From the IMG/VR virus record IMGVR_UViG_3300009119_000001, positions 1 through 63,018 of that record: a stretch of DNA of 63,018 nucleotides. One strand, 5' to 3'. A program made the translations under genes and the position numbers. The stretch comes from an uncultured virus (IMG/VR IMGVR_UViG_3300009119_000001). Its lineage: Duplodnaviria > Heunggongvirae > Uroviricota > Caudoviricetes. The notes below the pieces were generated by a model, which saw only the letters and a list, made by a program, of their open reading frames with translations, had not been told where the DNA came from and did no database searches. Positions 56,001-63,018 of the stretch are shown piece by piece. Every line of letters begins with the position of its first letter. Within the stretch, counting starts at the first letter, position 1.

Positions 56001-58437
56001 GTTTCTCTACAAGAGCAGATAAATCATTTTTGTTGTCTGTCTCTTCGACTAATACCCGACGAACATCTTTTGAAGCGCTGTAAGAACTCTTTGGGTAGGC
56101 TTTAACTCGAGCGTCGTTAACCAAAGCTGCAAGGGCCTCTTTAGCTTGTGCATTTGCCTGATCAAAGAAGTTGACTGTCTGGGCTCTGGTTGCGGATTTT
56201 AATTGCTCGTATAGTGCAGGTAAATCATCCCCATAGTTATTGATAGCCTGTTCAAGCTCAGCAATACGTGCAGTATTTACTTGGCCTGTTTCTTCGTCGA
56301 TAGTATTACGTAGGTCCAGAGATTCACGTAGCAGGTTAACTGCACGGATAGGGGTAATAACATCCTCTACCAAAGCCTTACGGTCTAGGTTTTTTTGAAT
56401 CAGCTTTGTCTCTAGTTCTTCAAGATCCGCTCTGCCTTGCGCCTTGCTTGGTACACCCTCAGTATCTAAGTCTGTTTTTACAGAGTCTTTAATAAAGTTG
56501 GATACAAACTCCGCGGCTACTTTAGGCACATTCTCTTTAATAAGCTGATCAGCTGAGGTCTCTGTAGTGTCTTCTGCAGTTAGCTGCGGTTTGAGCGGCT
56601 GTTCAGGTGCTACAGGCCCCACTTGTTCTTTGGCTTTCAGTACAGGAGCTTCTTGTTTCTTTAGCACTTCAGTTGATGCAGGAGGCAAAGATTGTTTGTA
56701 TGCATCTACTTTCTCTGCAATTTTATTACTGAGTTCTGGGCGATCTAAATAGGCATCTAGTACCTTATGGACGAAATCCACGTCTTCTTGCTTAGTAACA
56801 TCTTTGCCTTCTAGGACTTTATCCCTACGCAGTATAGCAGTCTTACCAACACCCAGATCTTGTAGAGTCTTGTCAGTGATGATGTTTGACGGCGCTTCTG
56901 GCACTTCAGGCGCGGCAGTCTCTTTTTTAGTCTTAGGGCCAAACTCTTTGGCCTGTTCTAACAATTGTTGTAACTTAGATGTAGTAGATAGCCCAGTATC
57001 TTGCATGCGTACGTTCTGCATGATGTCAAACTTCTTAGGGGCTAGATCTTCAAGCGCTTGTTTCTGTGCTGCAGCCGCATCTTTTTCAGCTTGCTTGCTG
57101 GCTTTCTCAGCCTCTTTTTGTTGGAGGGCACCCAATCGCACAGATGACAGTGCTTCTTCAGTAGGTCTACCTTTTTCTCCAAATAATGACTCTGTTTGTG
57201 GGACTAAAGCAGGGGAGACTAGATCCGCTTTTGGGATCTTTAAGCCTTTTATTTCGTCATCTGTGAGAGGCTCTGCTGCTACTTGTTCTTCAGTTTCCTC
57301 TGGACGCACAGGACCCGCTTCTTCTGGGAATAGTGTACTTTGCTCACCTAAATCGCCAGCTGCGCGGCGGCTAGCTAGATCATCTCTTGCAGCTTGTTCT
57401 TGTTGCGCTGCAGCGGCTATACCTGCTTCACGTTCCCGCTCTGCATTTATCTCAGCTAGTTGTTTGTCTTGTAATTCCTGTTGTGCAGATTTTTCCTGCG
57501 CATTTTGCGCTGCTCCGCCTACACCACCAAACACCCCGCCGCCGATAGCACCACGGATTGAGCTCTCTACAATGTCGTTGAAATCCTTACTATTCCACAT
57601 GTCCCGGTTTTGATTTACAAAACCTTCAGCTGCGATATTTATCGCTTGCTGTGCACCTTCAGTGAGGCCTTCAGTGGCAACGCCTTTCATAGCACCTAGT
57701 GTGATGTTTTTGGCTAAGCCGGGACGCATACCAGACTTTTCTAGAATCTTGCCAGTAATCGCTGCTTTTTCTGCTGGAGCAATTGATCGGAGCAAACTAG
57801 ATGGCAAGACAGAATCAAGTGCAGCACTAACAGACCCAAATAGAACAGAAGCGCCGGGCGCTAATTGGCCAGAATCCTGATAGATACTCTGAAACACTTC
57901 TGGGGCGTTCATGGCGAATGAACCTAGGTACACACCAACACCCTGTGCTGTAGCTTTACGTTTTGCAAGCGCCTCTGCGCCTAATACAGCGGCGCCTCGT
58001 CCTGCAACTTTACCAGCAAGTCCGCCGGGCACAACCATACTTGCAATATCTGGAGTTACTTCACCTAGGGTTTCCAGTGCATACCGAGCGCCAGACCCAA
58101 GACCTTTAACTTGTTTGTATGATTCAAATTGCGCTGGGTTTTCTTCTGCTAGTTGACGTTCAGTAGCCGCGGCCTCTTCCATTTGGCGTTGTGCATATTC
58201 ATCGAACCCTAAAGCAGAAGCTCCCAAAGCTGGGAGCAAGTCACCAAAGGTTTCCCCCATACGAGTTGCCCCGCGGGATACCCCCTTAGTGAAAGAGCCT
58301 AAATACCCATAGTTGTCTTCTGGCAACTCAAACCCATACTTTGTAGACAAGCTTTGCAGTTGTGCCTTAAATTCTTCTGGAGATTGGTTGTCGGCAAACC
58401 GTACTGGACCTAGTTTGGGCAAGTTAATTATAGGCAT
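53038..58437 (-). CDS. large internal virion/ejection protein (PLxRFG-like domain)
   Basis: 1799 aa, helical, Gly/Ala-rich N-terminus with ATEGLTEGAQQ; YLPLLRQGEYWV; FTFKRF. Confidence 0.7.
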   Translation of the reverse strand: MPIINLPKLGPVRFADNQSPEEFKAQLQSLSTKYGFELPEDNYGYLGSFTKGVSRGATRMGETFGDLLPALGASALGFDEYAQRQMEEAAATERQLAEENPAQFESYKQVKGLGSGARYALETLGEVTPDIASMVVPGGLAGKVAGRGAAVLGAEALAKRKATAQGVGVYLGSFAMNAPEVFQSIYQDSGQLAPGASVLFGSVSAALDSVLPSSLLRSIAPAEKAAITGKILEKSGMRPGLAKNITLGAMKGVATEGLTEGAQQAINIAAEGFVNQNRDMWNSKDFNDIVESSIRGAIGGGVFGGVGGAAQNAQEKSAQQELQDKQLAEINAEREREAGIAAAAQQEQAARDDLASRRAAGDLGEQSTLFPEEAGPVRPEETEEQVAAEPLTDDEIKGLKIPKADLVSPALVPQTESLFGEKGRPTEEALSSVRLGALQQKEAEKASKQAEKDAAAAQKQALEDLAPKKFDIMQNVRMQDTGLSTTSKLQQLLEQAKEFGPKTKKETAAPEVPEAPSNIITDKTLQDLGVGKTAILRRDKVLEGKDVTKQEDVDFVHKVLDAYLDRPELSNKIAEKVDAYKQSLPPASTEVLKKQEAPVLKAKEQVGPVAPEQPLKPQLTAEDTTETSADQLIKENVPKVAAEFVSNFIKDSVKTDLDTEGVPSKAQGRADLEELETKLIQKNLDRKALVEDVITPIRAVNLLRESLDLRNTIDEETGQVNTARIAELEQAINNYGDDLPALYEQLKSATRAQTVNFFDQANAQAKEALAALVNDARVKAYPKSSYSASKDVRRVLVEETDNKNDLSALVEKRKKDIKLSKAMSVKEAAQILMSEIDKAIGKYGRAFAVEETPADVMKALVQLIDALVTEGIRSVKDATARIRAELGENIFRTVNKKDLANALNARLKQEKKESPKQVANQVKDRMSNELSIVDDVRNSVPEPASKIIDGAKNAMSNVPDSLRKGAFGFFSLPNMIELYGDKFPTLKNLLVALEQRGAKSTEYREDVSRVVREGSKLIKSLSPEMVSKFNNVTLELTRLKLDPRKATDATQPAVKQFKALPKDLQDYALKLANKYQEFGDKYIKFVTESIPQKAGRESLTLVEQMKAKFESNRIPFYLPLLRQGEYWVSFMDKDGERVVFARESQRELDQLITAIKAAGGTQITPYTQINQIDHKSAPPTGFMAEIVKDLQLAKVDDTVINNIYQSYLSLFPAESLKQHFQQRKGEKGFDVDVVQGFAAVGSRMAHQLSNLEYAQDIGNAINGVREVYESERTMLNRDIYENIKDQEQFLANPTPAPWASNLSYFSYFWYITGNISSAVVNLSQLPIVVYSVLGGKYGWNDTFNAMTKAMGMYFKGGKDNNSDYLADWTFGANAIGEYADLYKQAVDRSAIRRGVGYDLTEMRKVQAEDYTGVKAKVEHTLGYLFQNSERFNREVTLIATYDLARKSGMSKQEAIEEAFRINTSVHSHALADAGPRFFQNNIGKVMFTFKRFAQAQIALLGMLSRQALKGESAEVRSVARKQLSGIFGAAYMFSGVQGMPLYGAAEVIASMFNAVLGDDDEPFDMAESVRESIGDLGYKGPVNQLFNVDIASRTGFNGMVWRDDPRRLAEVGPVVYTIEHLMGPAYSAFMNAGRAYDQFKKGQTERAVESLMPSFVKNGMKGVRYASEGALNSKGVPIVDDISSYNVMMQIFGFTPADLSEAYARAGAMKEAEKSITDRRGALLDALYLAKTNGDYEGVVDINEKITTFNAKHPEQGLRIDESTKKRSEAARNNAMKDSVDGVHLNPRMKQYLTTEYGS

Positions 58438-58455
58438 GCTACTTCCTTATATGTA

Positions 58456-60153
58456 TTAGTCTAGTAAATCAGCTGCGCTTGGTATCTGTGATTGGGATTC
58501 CCCCATCATCTCTAGTTCTCTAGCGAAGAATGATTTCTTCAGGTTTCCAAGATCAGCTTCACGTTGGAAGTCATTTGGACGATCTTTGTATTTTGCCATA
58601 ATTTGAGAGACTGCAGCTTGATATTCTGGGTTATCATTGATGTTTTTACTTATTGTTGCGTAGTTTTTTAACATCGCTGCACGCTGCTGCCCTACCGCGG
58701 CATTCATACGTTTTTCATACATACCGATAGTCTGTGCATGTTGTGCGGCAGATTGAGCTAGTTTCGCAGAGTCCATAGCAATATTTGCAAGACCTTCACC
58801 TTTTTTGGCTCCTAGGTTAGCTTGGGCTACTTTAACGTCTTTAACTATCTGTTTATCAGAATCGTTCATCTTACCAATAGTGCCAACGTACTTATCTTGT
58901 GCATCTTCCATACGCTCTTGGCCTCGTTGATAGACAGCGTTAGCTTCTTTTCGCATGTCGCGTTGCTCAAGTCGTTTGGCCTGTGCAAGATCTGCCAGAC
59001 CTTTTTGATATTGCTCGTTAGCAGTATCAATTTTATTAATTTTATCTAGGTAGTAATCTGCGCCTTTTGTTGCACCTTCCGCAATATTAGTCAGCGCGTA
59101 TTGAGACTTGCCAGAAGCCATACCCAAACCGGCCATCATTGCAGCAGCCCAACCAGCTTTTGTCTTGTCGCCTTCTATACCTTTTACCTTACCTTCGAGA
59201 TACGCTTTATATTCTGCATTAGGTTCTCCCTCATACAGTTTTGCTGCTTTTGCTAGCGATTCTTCTTCAGTAATCGCAGGTTTTTGCGCTCTTTCACGCA
59301 GCATACCTAAGCCCGCTTTTTCTTCTGGGGCGTACTTACCTTGGTAATTTGCAATACCCTCTAAACCTTTTTCAGCCTGTGCATAGCCAGCCATCAAATC
59401 ACGACGCGCAGTTGAGCCATACCCACCAACAGAAGGGCCAGCAGGGGCACCAGCAGGAGGACCACTAGGAGCCGGAGGTGGAGGTGGAGGCGGAACATTT
59501 GCGGTTGGGGAACCAAAGCTACCTTCAGGCACCATTAAGTTTTCACGTTCGCCGTAAGCAGAAGGAGTTATCTCTTTCGCGGATGATAAGTTTTCTATCT
59601 GCTGGGTAATATCCGCAAGCTGGGCTTCTCGTGCCTGACGTGCCTCTGGAGACTCTTTAGTAAATACACCAACGCCCGGGCCAACTCCAAGACCCATAGA
59701 CAGATATTGTTTTTGCTGCTTTAAGTCTGCTAACCTTTTTTGCTTTTCTTGCCAACTCGTAACTCTACCCCCTAGTTCCGAAATGGGGGCCCCAATATTT
59801 CTTTGAACCCATGAAGTCTCTTCACCATTATACCTAGGCACATCCCCGCCCTCGCTAAATGCAACAATCCCGCCATTAGCGTAAGTCTCTTCAGAAAACA
59901 TACCATCACGTAGTGGAAGTGCAGCAACCCCCGGCTCAACTGTTTGAGCTTTTTGGTCAAGGACCGTTTGTGTTGGTGCTTGTGTCTGAGGCTTAACCGT
60001 TGCACGTTGATCTTTAATCATACCAGCAACAAGTTTCTGCATCGGGTTGCCAGATAACAAGTAGTGATTTACGTACTGTTGAGGCATGCCTTCCATATCT
60101 GCATACAGCGAGTTAATATTCTGGCTGGTGATTGGTCTCATATTTTCTTGCAT
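58456..60153 (-). CDS. internal virion/ejection protein
   Basis: 565 aa, YANGGIVAFSEGG, Pro-rich linker, coiled coils, AGLGMASG.S..ALTNI..G. Confidence 0.6.
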   Translation of the reverse strand: MQENMRPITSQNINSLYADMEGMPQQYVNHYLLSGNPMQKLVAGMIKDQRATVKPQTQAPTQTVLDQKAQTVEPGVAALPLRDGMFSEETYANGGIVAFSEGGDVPRYNGEETSWVQRNIGAPISELGGRVTSWQEKQKRLADLKQQKQYLSMGLGVGPGVGVFTKESPEARQAREAQLADITQQIENLSSAKEITPSAYGERENLMVPEGSFGSPTANVPPPPPPPAPSGPPAGAPAGPSVGGYGSTARRDLMAGYAQAEKGLEGIANYQGKYAPEEKAGLGMLRERAQKPAITEEESLAKAAKLYEGEPNAEYKAYLEGKVKGIEGDKTKAGWAAAMMAGLGMASGKSQYALTNIAEGATKGADYYLDKINKIDTANEQYQKGLADLAQAKRLEQRDMRKEANAVYQRGQERMEDAQDKYVGTIGKMNDSDKQIVKDVKVAQANLGAKKGEGLANIAMDSAKLAQSAAQHAQTIGMYEKRMNAAVGQQRAAMLKNYATISKNINDNPEYQAAVSQIMAKYKDRPNDFQREADLGNLKKSFFARELEMMGESQSQIPSAADLLD

Positions 60154-60162
60154 AGTATGTCC

Positions 60163-61221
60163 TTAACCCGCTAATTTAGCGGCACTTAACCCAGCTAATC
60201 CCAAGCCAGCTATTTGTGAACCAAGGCTTGGAGGTGCAGAATATGTTTGTTGTGTTGATGCTAATTGTACAGGTAAACCACGAAGAATGTTGCTGTAAAA
60301 GCCAAGTTGCTCTTGTGGGTAGTCACGTTGGCGTAGGAAGTCTTGGTATGCAAGATCCAGCGCTTGTTGTTGCATAGCTTGTGGTTGGGCTGCTGCCGCT
60401 TGTTGAGTACCAAGACGTGTGATATCTGCAGTTTGTTGTGCAGATCCTAATGCACCTAACCCAGTAGCCGCATTTTGTGCGCTAGATATACCGGTACCAA
60501 ACAGCTGTTGTCCTAACCCAGCGGCGTATTGTGCAGCTTGTTGTCGACGAGCCTGATCAGCATTAAACTGAGCTTGTGCATTTTGATACCCTTGTTGGCT
60601 ACCTTGGGCTTGAATATCCCCCATTGTGCGCTGAGTACCGCGTTCTTGTTCTGCTTGTAGTAAGGCTTGACGTGCACCACCAAAAGTACCTCTACCGATT
60701 GACCCGAGCATACCTGCTTGTTTTTGCAAGTTGCCTTGTTGGCGAGCTTCTCTAAGTGCAACATCGGTCACACCTTGTTGGTATGGGCTTGAGTAATAGT
60801 CAGCAGCACCTTGGCTCCACATCGGAGCATTCGGATTATATGAGAGTGCACTGCCTAGACCTTGCATAGCCGCACCCATACCCAAACCACCGGTAGCTTG
60901 TAGGCCTTGTGTAGCTTGCCCAAACTGTTCTGGTGTTTGCAGACCGCCGATATTCTGTTGGATCTGCTGTTGCTCTGGAGTAAACCCTGCAATACGGGCC
61001 GAGCCGTATGGTTGGTACTCTTGATATGACAAGGCCTGAGTTCTGTTTAGTAGATTCTCAAAATACGGTCTTGCGTATTCTGGCAAGTTTGTCTGGGTAA
61101 CAGTTTGGTTTGTTGGGGCTGCACTACCACCATCGTCGCCTTTGCCGCCACCCCAAAACGTCATTAGCCCTGCTATATAGCTAGGGCTTAGAAATAATTT
61201 AAATCCGTCTAACAATTTCAT
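60163..61221 (-). CDS. DNA pilot/ejection protein
   Basis: Gln/Gly/Ala-rich; GGGKG N-terminus, LPEYARPY, SPYQQGV, GTFGGARQ; hydrophobic Gly-rich C-terminus. Confidence 0.65.
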   Translation of the reverse strand: MKLLDGFKLFLSPSYIAGLMTFWGGGKGDDGGSAAPTNQTVTQTNLPEYARPYFENLLNRTQALSYQEYQPYGSARIAGFTPEQQQIQQNIGGLQTPEQFGQATQGLQATGGLGMGAAMQGLGSALSYNPNAPMWSQGAADYYSSPYQQGVTDVALREARQQGNLQKQAGMLGSIGRGTFGGARQALLQAEQERGTQRTMGDIQAQGSQQGYQNAQAQFNADQARRQQAAQYAAGLGQQLFGTGISSAQNAATGLGALGSAQQTADITRLGTQQAAAAQPQAMQQQALDLAYQDFLRQRDYPQEQLGFYSNILRGLPVQLASTQQTYSAPPSLGSQIAGLGLAGLSAAKLAG

Positions 61222-61643
61222 TGTAGTTTCTCCACCGGCAGTTCATAGAACATAAAGCGTTCCCTAAACCCGTCATTTTTAAATACTTTTCCCCAGCCAT
61301 TACGTCCAAAGGATTCTATAATTGCGCAGTTACTATCTCTAGCAAACCGTTGTAAGACTTCTAGCATTGCATCTTTCCACAAGGGTAGTTCAACCCCGCC
61401 AGTAAAATGCATGACTAATGAATTCATTCTGGGGTACGCACTAATCTGAGTGACTACTGCCCCATACACCTTAGCCTCATCGTCAAATGCAATCCATAAC
61501 TGTTGTGGCTTTTCTTTTAACCCGCTGAGGATATCATCAACAGTAAACCTACCATACGTATACTTTGCGGCCCCGTGCATATACTCTTCAATCTCAGGCC
61601 ATACTGTGTCTACGTGGTCGGTAGGGATGTATGAAATATGCAT
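61218..61643 (-). CDS. GNAT-like fold virion-assembly protein
   Basis: 141 aa among the ejection genes; LWIA..GAVVT..YP..GG..L..W..FAR..C..IE..GR.GW. Confidence 0.55.
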   Translation of the reverse strand: MHISYIPTDHVDTVWPEIEEYMHGAAKYTYGRFTVDDILSGLKEKPQQLWIAFDDEAKVYGAVVTQISAYPRMNSLVMHFTGGVELPLWKDAMLEVLQRFARDSNCAIIESFGRNGWGKVFKNDGFRERFMFYELPVEKLQ

Positions 61644-61652
61644 GTTTTTATC

Positions 61653-62927
61653 CTATGCTGGTAGTTCTTTGTACGCTTTTGTATCCGTTGCAATTCCTGA
61701 TTTACCCATAGATTGTTTCCGTTTATGTTGGATTCGATCCATCATGGCATACAAACGTTTTGCACCAGCTTTAGTAGAGCCGTTGCCAATCTCAGAAACG
61801 ATACGTGCAGGGATAACAAACTCACCATCTGCAAGTCTTGCCGGGTGTTTACCATCTATTGTAGCAGGGATTGAGTCTGATACGCCGTCGCCCGGGCCAT
61901 CTAAATAACCACCTGCAGCTTTTTTAACTGGGGCTTGAGGATTAATCTGAGAGAAGTATCGTTGTTCCACACCAGTCATGCTTGGTGCTGCTGTAGGTAT
62001 GCGTTGTCTTGTGGCGGCTGCAATGTAATCATTCATATTTATAGCTGGTTGAGCTGGAGCTCTAGAAAATGCATCAATCATACCCTTGCCGCCCATGCCT
62101 GCTAGTGCTGGATGCTGACTTGATTGTGGGCGCCTACCCCACATACTTTGATACCCCATGTTCATAGTGCCCATACCTGTATTATCTACAGTTCTACCGA
62201 GCGGATCAGTTGTAGCTTGATTTAGTTGTTGCTGCAATGAGGGTTGTTGGCCACCGTTTGTTGGAATTGCTGCTACTGCACCTAAATCTGTTGGGGCTAC
62301 ACCGTAACTTGCCGCTACCGCAGGGTCTCTTACGTATGGGTTTGCCATACCACCGGCATTGAATGCAATAGGGCCGCCAGCAGCATAAGCTTGGCCTCCA
62401 TCAGATAAGCGCTGTAAACGCCCTAAACCATAACCATCTTGGCTCAATGCAGCGCCATCTAATTGGTCATCAGGGGAACCGTACAAATCTCGAATACCAC
62501 CAGAAGCTATAGATCCCCCATCGGCATAACCTGCACGAACAAAGCCCGGACTTGGATTTACATCATTAAAATATGAAAACTCTGGAGACCCGGCATTCAT
62601 CATTGCTTGTTGTTCTTCTGATGTAGGCATTCTACGGCCACGGTCTGGGTATGAATACGGACCTTCGTAGTTCATTTGATACCCTTCATCAATTGTAGGC
62701 AGCTCAGGAGTTTGTTGTTGTGACGCAGCACTTAAAATAGGAAGACCTACTGTAGCAGCATCCTGCCAAATAGAACCACCACGGCCTGTAACAAAGTCTT
62801 TATACGCGCCAAGACCTTCACCCGGGCCAGAACCAAACATACGACTAACTCCGGATCCAGTGTTGCCCCAGCCTGAAGCAGGAACTGCGTTACTTAAACC
62901 AGAAGTAGGAACTGCTGATACCGCATT
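61653..62927 (-). CDS. 3' part of the 609-aa junction-spanning internal virion protein
   Basis: Open from 62927; multiple AxGG motifs; C-terminal GPGDGVSDSIPA...LADGEFVIPA..V..IGNG. Confidence 0.85.
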   Translation of the reverse strand, partial: NAVSAVPTSGLSNAVPASGWGNTGSGVSRMFGSGPGEGLGAYKDFVTGRGGSIWQDAATVGLPILSAASQQQTPELPTIDEGYQMNYEGPYSYPDRGRRMPTSEEQQAMMNAGSPEFSYFNDVNPSPGFVRAGYADGGSIASGGIRDLYGSPDDQLDGAALSQDGYGLGRLQRLSDGGQAYAAGGPIAFNAGGMANPYVRDPAVAASYGVAPTDLGAVAAIPTNGGQQPSLQQQLNQATTDPLGRTVDNTGMGTMNMGYQSMWGRRPQSSQHPALAGMGGKGMIDAFSRAPAQPAINMNDYIAAATRQRIPTAAPSMTGVEQRYFSQINPQAPVKKAAGGYLDGPGDGVSDSIPATIDGKHPARLADGEFVIPARIVSEIGNGSTKAGAKRLYAMMDRIQHKRKQSMGKSGIATDTKAYKELPA

Positions 62928-63018
62928 CTGTGGGTTTATTGCTGATAAAATTGATGTTGAGTTTTGAGGTATAGCTAAGCTCGCTGAATCCGCTCCAATC
63001 CCTAATCCGGTTATGCCC
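62928..63018. repeat. 91-bp direct terminal repeat, right copy
   Basis: Identical to 1-91. Confidence 0.97.

Overview
The window is a complete, circularly assembled dsDNA tailed phage genome. Bases 1-91 are identical to 62928-63018, giving a unit length of about 62,927 bp. It is probably podovirus-like and infects a Gram-negative host (holin, endolysin, two-component spanin). The minus strand (27820 down to 1, continuing 62927 down to 53038) carries packaging, portal, GroES-like chaperone, scaffold, Mu gpT-like major capsid, tail, lysis and large internal virion genes. The plus strand (28196-52960) carries early genes (a MoxR-like AAA+/VWA-peptidase module and many small ORFs) and a replication module (PolA, PD-(D/E)XK nuclease, SNF2 helicase, primase-helicase). 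I recognised no integrase, RNA polymerase, tRNA or CRISPR array. The main hidden signal is a 23-codon gene below the ORF-track cut-off at 19327-19398 (-). It encodes [23 protein letters not shown], a PqqA (PQQ precursor peptide), placed just downstream of the major capsid gene and facing an HNH gene; this points to a methylotrophic, Methylophilaceae-like host. Other notable items are six copies of a TAAACAGCTGTTTA palindrome in the early region, a 335-bp nested inverted repeat, several structured RNA leaders, a probable sRNA, a nested-domain tail fibre, an (Y/F)AxGG motif shared by many late proteins, and CCWGG avoidance. All family assignments come from motif recognition by eye, not from database searches.
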